A stretch of 64,000 bases of DNA, counting the filler, from an uncultured bacterium (lineage in GTDB: Bacteria > Auribacterota > CAZIXI01): NCBI GenBank assembly GCA_964543115.1. It is 5 parts of 5 records of this genome, joined end to end, with 100 filler letters (N's around TTAATTAATTAA, not from the genome) between each part and the next. Parts side by side here need not be neighbours in the genome. Positions count along the whole stretch, not along the records: positions 1 to 13,721 come from CAZIXI010000069.1; 4 more parts are not named here. One strand, given 5' to 3'. Of the stretch, positions 1 through 11,300 are shown piece after piece. Each line of letters begins with the position of its first letter. Position 1 is the first letter of the stretch. A program made the translations under genes and the position numbers. A model generated the notes under the pieces. The model did not search any database and was not told the DNA's origin. It was given only the letters and a program-made list of their open reading frames with translations.

Positions 1-2085
1 CACACTGCAATGTCCGCCGGCCCAACTGTAATCGCCGCTGTCCCAATACATCGCCCGTTCAGCGATCACCCCAATATCAGCAGTTACTTTGGTCGAAAGA
101 GAATAACCGGATAAGATACTATCCACATGCACCGTGTGCCGGCGGTTGGGCGCTACGGTAAAAGTATGTATTGTAGTATTGCCATCAGTACGCATAAAGG
201 TCATGGTTACATTAGCCGTGGCACTGGCATCAGGATTCTGCACTAGTATATACTCATCAAATAACTCACCATCCCCGCCGCCACCACCCTCATCACCACC
301 ATATTCCTGCGCGCCACAATCCGGCGCTGAACCGCTGTAACCGTCAGTTATCCCCGGGATATGCACCCCATCATCAATTCCTTCCGAACCCGCCTGCAAA
401 CCAAGATCATGAATAAAATATTGCTCCGCCAGAATCGTGGGCACATTATCCATACTGGGAATATAAGAAACAGTAGGCATCGAGGTAACCACCGTACTGC
501 TCAACGAGGCCGCGCCATATGAGCCATTTGCTTCTTGACCGGTGCCGCTCTGAAAATCCGCCCAGGCAGCATAATTAGTGATATTCCCGATAGTCTCACC
601 CCAAGAATACTCAATATCATTCCACCTGCGGCCATCCTGTGAAGAATAGGAAAGATTATAATCAAATACATGATTTAATTGTGAACCGGAAATATCGCAA
701 TCCAGAATCGGACCGGTAGCCATCAGGATATTATTTTTAAAGGTAATATAATTAGTGCCATCAGTGGCATACCCCCGATAAAGACACCACTGCCCATTAG
801 CATGTTGCTTAATCGTATTATTATACCAATAGATATTGCGCGTCAAACCGCCAACCGCGGTATTCATTTTAGAGGCGTTTTCCTTAAACCCATATATACG
901 GTTTCGGATAACAAATACCGGCCCCGGATAAATCGGCGCGGTAGAAACAGCGTTCTGACATTCCCCTAACCGGTTACGGAACACTCTGGCATTACAAATA
1001 TGGCCATCCAGTTCAATCGGATCATCACGCACATGATAAATAACATTGTCATAGATATCTATTTCCCGGTTACTCCAGGTATCCAGCACATCATTATCAT
1101 CCAGCCCCAGAACCGGCGCCTGCCCTTCATCACCACCGGGGGCAATCCCATCCACCACCCCATAAATCAGATTACGGCAGATAATATAATAACCGCCGGG
1201 AGAAAAATCCATTTTGATCCCCACATAGGTATGCCCGGCGGTTTCCGCAGAGGATTCAGTATCGTCCCAGGGCCAGCTGGGCGGATTTTCATCGGAAATC
1301 ACATTATTCATAATAATAAAATTGCCGGTTTTATCTGACCCCACATTCTCCTCATTATGTTCAATAAAAATATTGGCCGAATAAGTACCAAAGGCATCAC
1401 AATCATGCACGTAACAGTTGGTAATTACTATATGATGAGAACCGCGAAAATCCATTCCGCCGTAACCGCCGCTGTAATCAGCCGACTGCACCTCCACTTC
1501 CAAGTGATCAAACACCAGATGAGAAGACTGGGAGATACTCATCCCGTTTAGGAAATGCGGCCGGTTAGCGCTATCCGCAGCAGTAATCACAATCGGATTT
1601 GCCTCTGTACCGTTTATCCCGCTGATACTAACCATCGTACTATAATCCCCGGCTGCCACTACAATCCAGTCACCGGCCGCAGCATTATTAATTCTGGTTT
1701 GCAAATCTGCTGAATTACTCACTTGATAGGTATTTAAGGCTTCGGGAATAGAATAGGCGGAACGGGTAGTAACCGTAGCGGTTTCTGTATCATCATCACC
1801 ATCAGGATCAGTAAGATCGATACGCAGATTATAGGTAGTTCCGGGAGATAAATTAAACAGGCTGGTAGCCAGGTGATTGCCGTCATAACGGATAAACGAA
1901 TGGGCCTCAGTACCATTAACATAAATCCTGGCGGTTTCATTACGGTTATGATCAGCCAGCTTGATTGTCACCCCGGCCGTCTCAAACGCCCCGTAAGTCT
2001 CCACCGACTCAATCGTAGCTGATAATAAATCAGCGGCAAAAGCTATACTTCCTATTATTAATATACAGAAAAGAATGTTTTTCAT
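1..2085 (-). CDS. Secreted right-handed beta-helix (pectate-lyase-like) protein with N-terminal FN3-like domain and C-terminal DUF5719-like repeat module; runs off window edge
   Basis: Missing from the ORF track because it has no stop in the window. Manual translation from ATG 2085 (GGAGGAG RBS) starts MKNILFCILIIGSIAFA (signal peptide). It contains beta-helix-type repeats (HHIVITNCYVHD, IDIYDNVIYHV, RNIYWYNNTI), a Gly linker GGDEGGGGGDG and EYILVQNP...AERAMYW...GGHCSV. Frame is open to base 1. Confidence 0.75.
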   Translation of the reverse strand, partial: MKNILFCILIIGSIAFAADLLSATIESVETYGAFETAGVTIKLADHNRNETARIYVNGTEAHSFIRYDGNHLATSLFNLSPGTTYNLRIDLTDPDGDDDTETATVTTRSAYSIPEALNTYQVSNSADLQTRINNAAAGDWIVVAAGDYSTMVSISGINGTEANPIVITAADSANRPHFLNGMSISQSSHLVFDHLEVEVQSADYSGGYGGMDFRGSHHIVITNCYVHDCDAFGTYSANIFIEHNEENVGSDKTGNFIIMNNVISDENPPSWPWDDTESSAETAGHTYVGIKMDFSPGGYYIICRNLIYGVVDGIAPGGDEGQAPVLGLDDNDVLDTWSNREIDIYDNVIYHVRDDPIELDGHICNARVFRNRLGECQNAVSTAPIYPGPVFVIRNRIYGFKENASKMNTAVGGLTRNIYWYNNTIKQHANGQWCLYRGYATDGTNYITFKNNILMATGPILDCDISGSQLNHVFDYNLSYSSQDGRRWNDIEYSWGETIGNITNYAAWADFQSGTGQEANGSYGAASLSSTVVTSMPTVSYIPSMDNVPTILAEQYFIHDLGLQAGSEGIDDGVHIPGITDGYSGSAPDCGAQEYGGDEGGGGGDGELFDEYILVQNPDASATANVTMTFMRTDGNTTIHTFTVAPNRRHTVHVDSILSGYSLSTKVTADIGVIAERAMYWDSGDYSWAGGHCSV

Positions 2086-2280
2086 TCTCTCCTCCCCTTA
2101 ACCCTATATAAATCAAAGCATATTATATGCCATAAGTAGTGTATTTAAAAGCTTAATGTAATAAACTATAAACTAATGATTTACAATAATTTATCATTAA
2201 ATAATCAACAAACTTTGTCAACTCCACACCCCTGAACCCCTCTGAACTCGCCCAAAACCGTCCGTTTTCCATACAAATGC

Positions 2281-2334
2281 CCCAAATGTCACATTCTGGG
2301 TCCAACCTAGAATGTGACATTTGTGACATTTGGG
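2281..2334. terminator. Long inverted repeat directly after the stop of the giant propeller gene; possible terminator or REP-like hairpin
   Basis: AATGTCACATTCTGGG / CCTAGAATGTGACATT, with an outer arm CCCAAATGTCACA / TGTGACATTTGGG; abuts TAA at 2335-2337. Confidence 0.5.
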
Positions 2335-5300
2335 TTAAATACTCGTTTCAACCTCGGCATTTTCCTCTTCCCCTAAAAGCTGGGTCAGGCGTTGCTTGAT
2401 ATCAGGATTGGTTTGGCATTCCAAGATTTTGCTGACCAATATTTGAAACCAAGGCTGGGCCTTAATTTCAGCGCTTTGTTTTTCCAACACTTCCAGGGCC
2501 TCCTCTACATGGCCCGGCTGGTGGCAGACCATCAGCCAGCGCACCGCTGCCAACAGCTCCGGACTGGCCACCACTACATTTTTCACCACCTGCCCTTTCT
2601 GCAGCTTTCTCATTATCCGCTCAACTATGTTTTCTTGTAAAACTCCTTCCTCTGCCACCACTATTGACACCAGCCGGCGCAACAAATCTTCTTCAGTTGC
2701 CGGAACTGTTACTAATTCCTCCTTCACTTCTCCCTCTCCCCCAACTTCTCCTTGTGATTTATGCCAGACATAAAACGACTTGCCGGCAGCCGCGGTCAAG
2801 GCCGTGCCGTTAGTGGAAAAACTGAGGCCGGTTACCGGACCATCCAGATCAGCAGAAACAAAACTGGGCCTGATATTAACTACATCTCCGAGGTGGGGCA
2901 TCTGCTTAAACCAACCAATATCATAAGCTAAACGATAGAACCTGATATTCTTCTTGCCGCCGGCAGCCAGAAACTCACCCCCGGGGCTGAAATCCAGGCT
3001 GGCAATTTCTGTATCTCCTACACTGCCAGCATCAACAAACCGATTTTTCAACATCTCCGCAATCCCTATTAACGGATATAAACACAGTGCCTTATTTGTC
3101 CCTACTGCCAGATAATCCCCCCGAGGACTGAAACGCACCACCCGCATTTCCTCTCCAGCAAAAAATCTATTCCTAGAAATTAGAATCACTCCTTCTAGAT
3201 ATGCCCCAGATTCCTCATCCGTAAGCGCCACATACTGCAGACAATCGTGAACTACAATTGCCAGATATTTATCATCGGGACTGATATCAAAGGCCACTAC
3301 CCTTTTAGGGCTGGCTGTTCCAGCATCACTCCCATCGGACCTAAAGCCATCAGAAATGCATTCAAATCGGACAAAAGGTGCTGCCTTAAAAGTCTGTTCC
3401 AGCTCTGTTTTTGTTTTCGGCTGATAATCGCCGGCAGCATTTTTCTTTTTCACTTCATATAATCTCACTTCAGTTTCTACCCCCATCGCCAGAAACCGAC
3501 CATCGCTGGTAAAACGCAGAGAAGAAACTGTACCTACAAAATCATGATTAAAAGACCAGACGTCCAACTTCTTCTCTCCTTCTTCCCCCTCATCATCATT
3601 CTTTAGGCTCCACCAGGTCATCTCATTTCCGTTTTCTACCACTACACTGTACTTTCCATCTGGTGTAGCCAGCTGCAGGCGTCTGCCATCCTGAACAGTA
3701 TCATTTTTCTTAATATGACTCTCCGGCGGCAAGGGCAGTTTATTATATTCCCCTTTAGCAGCCCCAAGCTCTGCTTGGGGCAGTTGACCTGAATCAACAC
3801 CGGAAAATATACTGTTAACGTAACCTTTTATCGGTTTTATTGGTTTTACAAGCTTAGCCGGATTAACCGACCAGCTGACAATCTCTACCAACATCTTGCG
3901 AATCAGTTGGTCATTTAGCTTAACTTCTTCCCCAGCTCCAATCTGCTGAATAAGTTCCGCTACCCAGGCGCTGATACCTTCCGGCTTCTTTTTCATAATT
4001 ACAGGCGCGGACGCAGGCATCTCCCCATCCCAGCAGCGGATAATATCCGCCAACGCGGCAACGAGCATCTCATTGGCAAACCGCTGATGGTTTTCGTTTT
4101 CCACTTTATCTGCAAGCTGTGAAGCCTGATAAAGAAGATCGCGTTTGGCTACCTCTTCCACCAATCCCGCCTGCGCCAGGCAGGTGGCCAGAAAACTATA
4201 GAGCCGGCTCTGCAAAGCCTCTTTCGGCACAGAATCTGTTCCCTTATCTGATTCTATCCAGTTAATTGCCTTTTCTATAATATCATTGGCATCAGTAACC
4301 AATCCCATTCCCGCTAAAACATAAAACAAATAAATATACGTTAACACATAATCATAATCCATTCTTGTCTCATCTAGCGCAGCATTCAACTGCATATCAT
4401 CAGCAAGCACGTTAACAAGATTAAAATACTGACTATCAATCTCCTCTACCGTCCAATCGGTACGGAATAGAGCGAGGGCCAGCTGGGCCTTGCTCCGGGC
4501 TGCTTGCTGACCTGAAAGTTGCGAACAACTGCTCTCAGCCAACGAAGCAAGACCCATTCTTATACCATCAAGGCCTGCTGGTCTCAGATTAATTATTTCA
4601 GCTCTCGTCCATCCAACTTTATCTAAAGCAGTAATTAAGGCAGCAAAACATTCATTTTTCTTTTCATGATTATCAATCTGGAAGGACAGGTCACAGGCCT
4701 TCTGTGCCGCTTCTCCAATGCGTTCATCTTTACCTTCAAACTCAACTTCCGCAATCACGGAAATGTAATAACAAAGTGCCAGGGCATCTTCTTTAGCAAA
4801 GCGGTAGGCAAGATCAATAAGATTTTCATTTGTGTGGTTTTTCAGCGCAGGATTATTTAGCTCAACAATTAACACTCCAGCCTGGCTTAGAACAGAAATG
4901 AGATAACTAATGGCCTGACTGGCCTGCGCAGCTACCACTAGTCCATTAGTATCCCAGCCCTCTTTAGCAATCTGCTGCCAGTCAACTCCCAGGATGCGGC
5001 TACAATCATCAAATTTCCCAGCTTGCACCAGCAGGTCGAGCACATGAGTATGGGCCAGTGAACGCAAATAATGATTAGCGGTTTCTTCCTGGGCATTGTG
5101 CCAGGCCTCTTGCAAGAGGCCCTCTTCATCCTTTTGCTGAAGGGCAGAATAAGACCAATAAACTGCCCCATACAAACGGCTGCGGCCAAAACCGAATAAT
5201 TTGTCTTTATGTTCGTCATGTCTAAACGTAAAAGCTAAGATAGCCAACCGATTTGATAAGGATTCAATAGCTTCAGGGGACAGCTTAATGCGCTTTTTAT

Positions 5301-8300
5301 CCGTCACTAATCCCTGTTCATGAAATTTATACACATGCGCGTACGGAGGAAGAGAACGTAGCTGCAGGTAGCGGGGTCCTTTATTAGCGGCAACCTCATA
5401 TAGATGCGTTGCCCCATTGGGGGCATCCTGACTGACAATCACCAACTGCCCGTCATTTTTCTTGGCAATTCCCAAACAACACTGCTGGCCCGGCAATTTG
5501 AAGCCGCCAATTATCTCTAATTTTTTCACTTTTTTGGTCATTAGCTTCCAGGTATCCACAGGATCTGGTAATTCTAGTTCTATCTCCTCTTCCGTAGGTA
5601 AAAGCAGAAAACAACCGTGCTTCGGATTGCCGCTCACCGAATAAAGATAACCTGCTGGATCAGTAATTACCCCATTAGCACTAAAAGCATCAACCGGCTC
5701 CATAGCATATTCCAACTGCATTGATTCCGGATCATAGATAAGTACCTGCTTGTTTGTAGTCACTGCCAGTTTTACCTCTCCCGCCATCCTCACTAAAAAG
5801 ACATTCCTGACACCTTCCGCAGGAATTGTCGCGGAAGTTTGCCAATCTCCAGTTGGCGGATTCAAAACAATTTTATAAACCCTTTTCTCGCTCTGACTGC
5901 AGGCATAGATCTCATACTCCTTGCCTATCTTCCGGGCCGCAACTCCATAAAAATAGTTGCTGCCTAAGATAATGCCCGCGCCATCCTTAAGCCGACTGGC
6001 CAGCGCCGGCCGCTCACCCTGAGCAATCGCCGCCGCGTCCTTATTATAAACATGAATCCCCATACCGGTAGCAATAAAAATAAACTCTTCCGTAACTGAA
6101 CAACTTTCAACATTCACCCCCAGATTAATAAGGCTTTTTTCGTTCCAGTTACTATCAAATATCCTGACAATCGTGCCGCAGGCATCAACAACATAAATAT
6201 CCCCGGTCTGCGCATCCACCGCCGGCGCGCCAAATTTACCTTGAAGTTTATGCAGCCGGACAGGAACTTCGCGGCAGTCTTCCGGCATAACATCACAAAA
6301 TTGCGGTTTGGGTAATCTTGATTTCGGTAATTTATGAAGATCAAAAGTTGAATCTCCCTTTCGCCCGGAAACAACCAGTGTCCCTTCTTTATCAAAAACC
6401 GCTGACCGTGGAGAAAAATTATCCGGCAAAGGAATCTGGCCAACCTCTAGCAAAAGCTTTGTCTTACTACTAGCTTCTGATTCACTGCGGACAAAAATTC
6501 TTACCGGACCATCCCGCAAAAACAAATATATAAATCCATTTTTGTCCTCCACCAGCCATTCCAACTTCCCCGCTTCTTTCGGTAAAGGAAGAGACTCATG
6601 CGTACATTTACCTCTATTTTGATCATAAATCTTAATTCTATTGTCAACCAACTCCACTGACTCCTCTGCCCTGTTTTCGCTGCTATATTTTAGAAGGATC
6701 CTAGTATCCCCTATCATACCGGCACAAAATACCTCATAACCGTGTTCCGTCTCCCGCGCCGCTAGTTGAACTACATCCGGGGGAATGCGCATAATGTTCT
6801 TTCCATCAACAAATCCTTCTTTTGTCTTTCTGTACTCCGAGACATGGTTGCCGTTGGAAAGAAAAACATGTTTTTGTGTTACCAGGCATGGACCTTGCCC
6901 TTTTAACGCCGGCAATTCACGCGCCTGCCCACTTTCGATTATAAACAAACGACGACTTGGTGACGAAACATAAAAAACGCCATCACGCGAAACACAAGAA
7001 AGACCATTACTATCCCTGGGAATTTTCTTCTTCTCTTTTTCATCCACAATCACTGGCTGCCAATCTTTCGGCCGCGCCGGCCACACGGTTGGCCTGGTTC
7101 TATCAACAGCAGTTTCCGCTGGTAAAAGTTCCGGTAAAGCTTGAGGAACAGCTTGCCCTTCCGCCAACAATTCATCAACAAAGGCATTAATATCCACTCC
7201 GCTTACTACTGGCCTTGCCACAGGCTGCACCCCTGCCTTTTTCTTTTCTCCCGGCAGAATCAGCGAAAGTGGACGTTTAGTGTTCCGGGAAGTAACCAGC
7301 ATCTTTCCTTGAAACTCAAGCAATCCTGCCAGCCTACCTCCTTGTGGATGAACTAATTGCCGCACTTTTAACAGTTTTTCTTCACCGTCTACCTCATCGC
7401 GCCGGTAAACATCGATCTTATTATTCACAAACCCACCGACATACAGATAACCCCGGTCATCTTCAGCAATATCAAAAACCGCATTCTCATAGAAACCCCC
7501 GCCCACGCCACACTTAGATATTAATTCTAGAGTATCAGGATCAAATATATATACACCGCCATGAAGCGTTGTCGCGGCCAATTTATTGTCTTTGGTAAAA
7601 CAGAGACCAACAGCAGGTAAAGTTTTAAATCTAACCGGCTGCGCATAACCATTAGTATTGTCAAAAACTAGAAGCTGATTCGTGTGTTTGCCTTTGCGCA
7701 CAGTTACAAACACCTCTAAATCATTTTCTGTTGACCGTACGGCTACATCCAGGCAATTGCTTCCCCCGGCAATAGTTGAGCCGGAAGCAAAATCTTCCGC
7801 CAGCGTGCCATCATGCATAAATACTCGCACATACTTTTCCGTGGCCACAAACACGTATTCAGCGGTAACCGCGCAGCCATTAGTCTTTAGACCAAGATGC
7901 ATCTCCTCTTTTGCCAGCACCTTACCCACCGAATCCGTAACCGCCACTGTACCCCGCTCTCCGGTGGGGATATATATCCTGCCCTTCTCTTCATCAACCG
8001 CCGGATAACCCACTTCCCCTCCAAGATCATTTTCCTGCGCGGATAACGGCCGCCAGTTTTGACCATAGACAGGCGGCTGATTGCTGCTAGGGCCAATCTC
8101 TGAAATAGTAATATAATGATCTGACGGTTTACCGCTTCCCCCGACAAAATGATTAAAGACAACCAGCTTCCCGTCCCTGATAATAAGGCAATTCACCCAA
8201 TGATCATCTGGATGTGGTATTTCACCATATTTAACAATCTGCTCTTTTCCATCCGCCTGCACAATCCGTTGGAGAATTATGATCTTGTGACCTTCTTGAC

Positions 8301-11300
8301 AGGCAATATACAAAAAGCCATTACTATCTTCTACTATGCTGCCTAAACGGTTATGTTCGGGGTATTTGCTTTCAAAAGGCAGGGCTACCTGTTCTAACGT
8401 TTCCGGATCAAGGAGATAGATGGTATGATATACCGTAACCACTAGTTTATTATCATGGGTTACATTCATAGCACCAAACAGAGGGGACAACTCAAAACAT
8501 TCTTCTCCCAACACATATTTTTCTTCAGCATCATCGTATTTATATTTAATTATCTTCTCATCATTACTAGAAGCAACAAATATTTCCCAGCGGCCGTTTT
8601 TCTTAATCGCCGCCACATCTTGACATTGTGTTCCTTCAGCAATAATACCGTTATCGCTGCCGGCAAAAGTTATAGCCAGCCGGCGCGTTTTCTTATCATA
8701 GACATGAATACCTTTATCAGTGGCCACAAACAAATATTCCGCGCTGACAAAACAATTCCTGGCTGTTATGCCTAGATCAATACCCTCTTCTTCCTGAATT
8801 TCATTTTCTCCGCCCAGGGTCACAATCCGCACCTTAGAGTATTCAGAAATATAGATTTTGTCTGTTTCATCATCAACAGCAACACGATCAATATTTCCCG
8901 AATAATCCCTGTTATCACTTACTCTTTTCTGCCAGTCTTTCGCCGCTACCGGCCAGAACACCGGCTCCAGATCTGCTTTGTTCTGGGAGGGAATAGAAAT
9001 ATCATCATCTTCTGTTTCCGAATCAGCAGACATACTTGCAATGTCTATAGCAGGTGGGATTTCTACGACCGAAGGCGGGACAGCAGGATCATCATCAGTA
9101 GCTTCACGCCCGCTATAGATAATTGCCAATTCCCCTTCTCTCTTTACCCGGATCCCGATAGGTTTCAACTCCCCTGGATGGCTGATTTTCCCCACCAACT
9201 CCAACCGGTTATCCGCTTCTCTGCTGACAGCAAAAACCAGTGTCTGATCAGAGTTTGCGCCAGTTACATATAGGTATCCCCTTTTATCTACTGCCACGCC
9301 ACAAGCGCCGCTTAGATCTCGTATAAAACCAGAATCTGCTTCTACCTTCATCTGCTCCGGATCAATAACCGCTACATTACTTTCATAAGTAACAGCCAAT
9401 TTCACTTTTTCGCCATCCTGAAAAAAGCACATCCGGCGCGGATCTTTTAAGCTTACTCCTTCAGGATCAGTAAATATTTCAAGTTCACTATCCCAACTAT
9501 AGTTTTTCACCCATCCGTTGTAATTACTCACAAATATCTCATAATCATAATACGCTCCTCTACTGATTTCATTTACCGCTACTCCCGCACAGATCTCGTC
9601 TTTTTCAATTATCCCGTCCTCGCCAAACGATTCATCCAAAACATAATCGTCTTCCTCAGTCAATGGTTTTTTATACACATACACACCAGCTTTCGTCGCC
9701 ACAAAAAGGTGCTTACTGGTTAACCAGCAATCATGCACTTCTGTTGCCGGAAATTCAATAAACTTTTTTTCGCCCTTAAAATTCCAGTTCTTATCCAAAA
9801 TTGCCACCTTACCCTCTATCCCCATGGCCACAAAAATATCACCATTCACCGGATCAACGCCAAAGCCGCTCATTTGCGAAATTTCCCGAAACTTCTCCGG
9901 CGCCACCTTCCGGCCCTCGCCCCGGTATTCCGGCAGTGGCAGTTCCGAACGCCGCACGCGCCAAACACTGCTCAGTCCATCACCACCCTTACTGACTACA
10001 TATAACGAACCATCCGGCATAATCTCAATACCCTCCGGACGGATTCTATCACGGCTCATCATTGGATCAGGGGGAATATCCAGCTCGCCAACAAGAATGA
10101 GCCGGCGGGAATCATTGGGATTTTTTAACTCACTACGCACAAATATTTGAACTCCAGCATATTCCCGCACCGCATAAATAAATCCATTTTCATCTTCCGT
10201 TATATCCAGAAAATCATCTTTCCCCACATCATCACAACTCGCATAAACATCTCCCTTTAACTTATCAGGATCAACCAATGCAAATTTCTTCTCATAAGTT
10301 ATTAATAGATACTTGCCATCATTGGTAAAACGCAAGGCTCTTGGAACACCTTTAAGGTCGTTACTTCCGATTACTGCCGCAGAATAGTTGTTACTGTTGT
10401 GATATTTACGACACACATTATTTACCAAACCACCACTGCCTCTCCAAGAAGTAACAAAAACCTCATAATCTTCCGGCCCTCCCCGTACCGCTACACCCAC
10501 ACACATAGAACCCTCTCCAATCACCGGAATATTGACATCCCTCTCCAATGTGTCTTTATGATAGGCATAGACACCCTGACGTGTGGCGACAAACAAATGG
10601 TTTTCTGTCACACAACAATCATAGGTTTCTTCACCGACATCCACTGTATCTAAAAGCATTCCGTATTCATTCACTACCACCACATTGTTCCGGCCTTCAA
10701 TACTTTCCCCGCCGGTAGGGATATAGATTTTTCGTTCTTTCCCATCAACGGCTATCCCGCCAGCACCACGACCAAATTTTTCTTGTAAAACATCCTGGTT
10801 CGTAATCAAGTTTTCCCACTGCTCTCTTAATACCGGCCAATACACCGGCGCATCCGCTGTCTGTTCGCGTTCACCCATGAAAGGCGCCAGTTCCTGCGGC
10901 AGAATGCCAATCACCTCACCGCCTCCATCCAAAATCATCAACATACCGTTCTTTCTAACGACCAGTGCTCTCGGTCTCTGGCAATCGTCATAGCACAATT
11001 CCCCGACAGGGATCAGGCCAGCCACTTTTTCTAAGTCACTATACTCCAGTGGAACCCCAGCAAAAACATCACTCAACTCAGCATTCTGCTTACTGCGCCT
11101 TAAAATATATATCTTGTTTTGCTTTTCGTCACAAAAATAGACAAACCCCTTAACGTCCTGAAGAATCTTAGTGTCCTCTATCCCTTCATCTTCTAAATAA
11201 TTCTGCCAAACCATATCTTTCAAAACCTTACACTTTGTTTTATCCCCGTTAGTATAATACACGGGCAACCGAACATCAGAACGCGGTATGCGCAAAAGCC

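Noticed and set aside
134..340. Proline-rich small protein, and most other short ORFs of 60-190 aa in the track
   Set aside because: They are antisense or alternate-frame shadows of longer, motif-supported genes; this one mirrors the Gly linker of the 1-2085 gene.
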